Source of the DNA: Vicugna vicugna
Taxonomy: Eukaryota
Assembly (NCBI GenBank): GCA_013265495.1
Contig: MU058815.1
Coordinates: forward strand, 628,523 to 692,522
Direction: 5' to 3'
Length of the DNA: 64,000 nucleotides
Part shown: positions 63,894 to 64,000 of the stretch, piece after piece
Position numbering within the stretch: position 1 is the first letter of the stretch
Layout: every line of letters begins with the position of its first letter
Notes under the pieces: model-generated
Told to the model about the DNA's origin: nothing
The model's database searches: none
Seen by the model: the letters and a program-made list of their open reading frames with translations, nothing else
Program-made: the position numbers and the translations under genes

Positions 63894-64000
63894 ATCCTTA
63901 GAGTTTTGAATCATGCACACAACCATAGCGGCAAAGATGTAACCAGGAACCAGGTCTAATTCTTTTAACCAGGAACTGAAATTTGAGTTTGGGGGGGGGG

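Overview
Mammalian genomic DNA, most likely a camelid. The evidence is two tRNA-derived SINEs of the Vic-1 type, cetartiodactyl-type L1 3' ends, and no Bov-tA/PRE-1/Alu seen. The only recognisable protein-coding locus is a 4-exon SPATA31 (FAM75) family gene, SPATA31E1-like, on the minus strand (ATG 33687, stop 27637). Its GT-AG splice sites are canonical and phase-consistent. As assembled, the spliced CDS is 4450 nt, one more than a multiple of three. A frameshift near 31575-31580 gives a stop at 31529-31531 (185 aa product) and disconnects an uninterrupted 1294-codon downstream ORF. The rest of the window holds an orphan CpG island (~8600-9480), many LINE-1, LTR/ERV, MaLR and Tigger remnants (several nested, with target-site duplications), microsatellites and some unexplained exon-like segments. 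I found no convincing novel biological system. Repeat family names and protein similarities are by-eye recognition, not database results.
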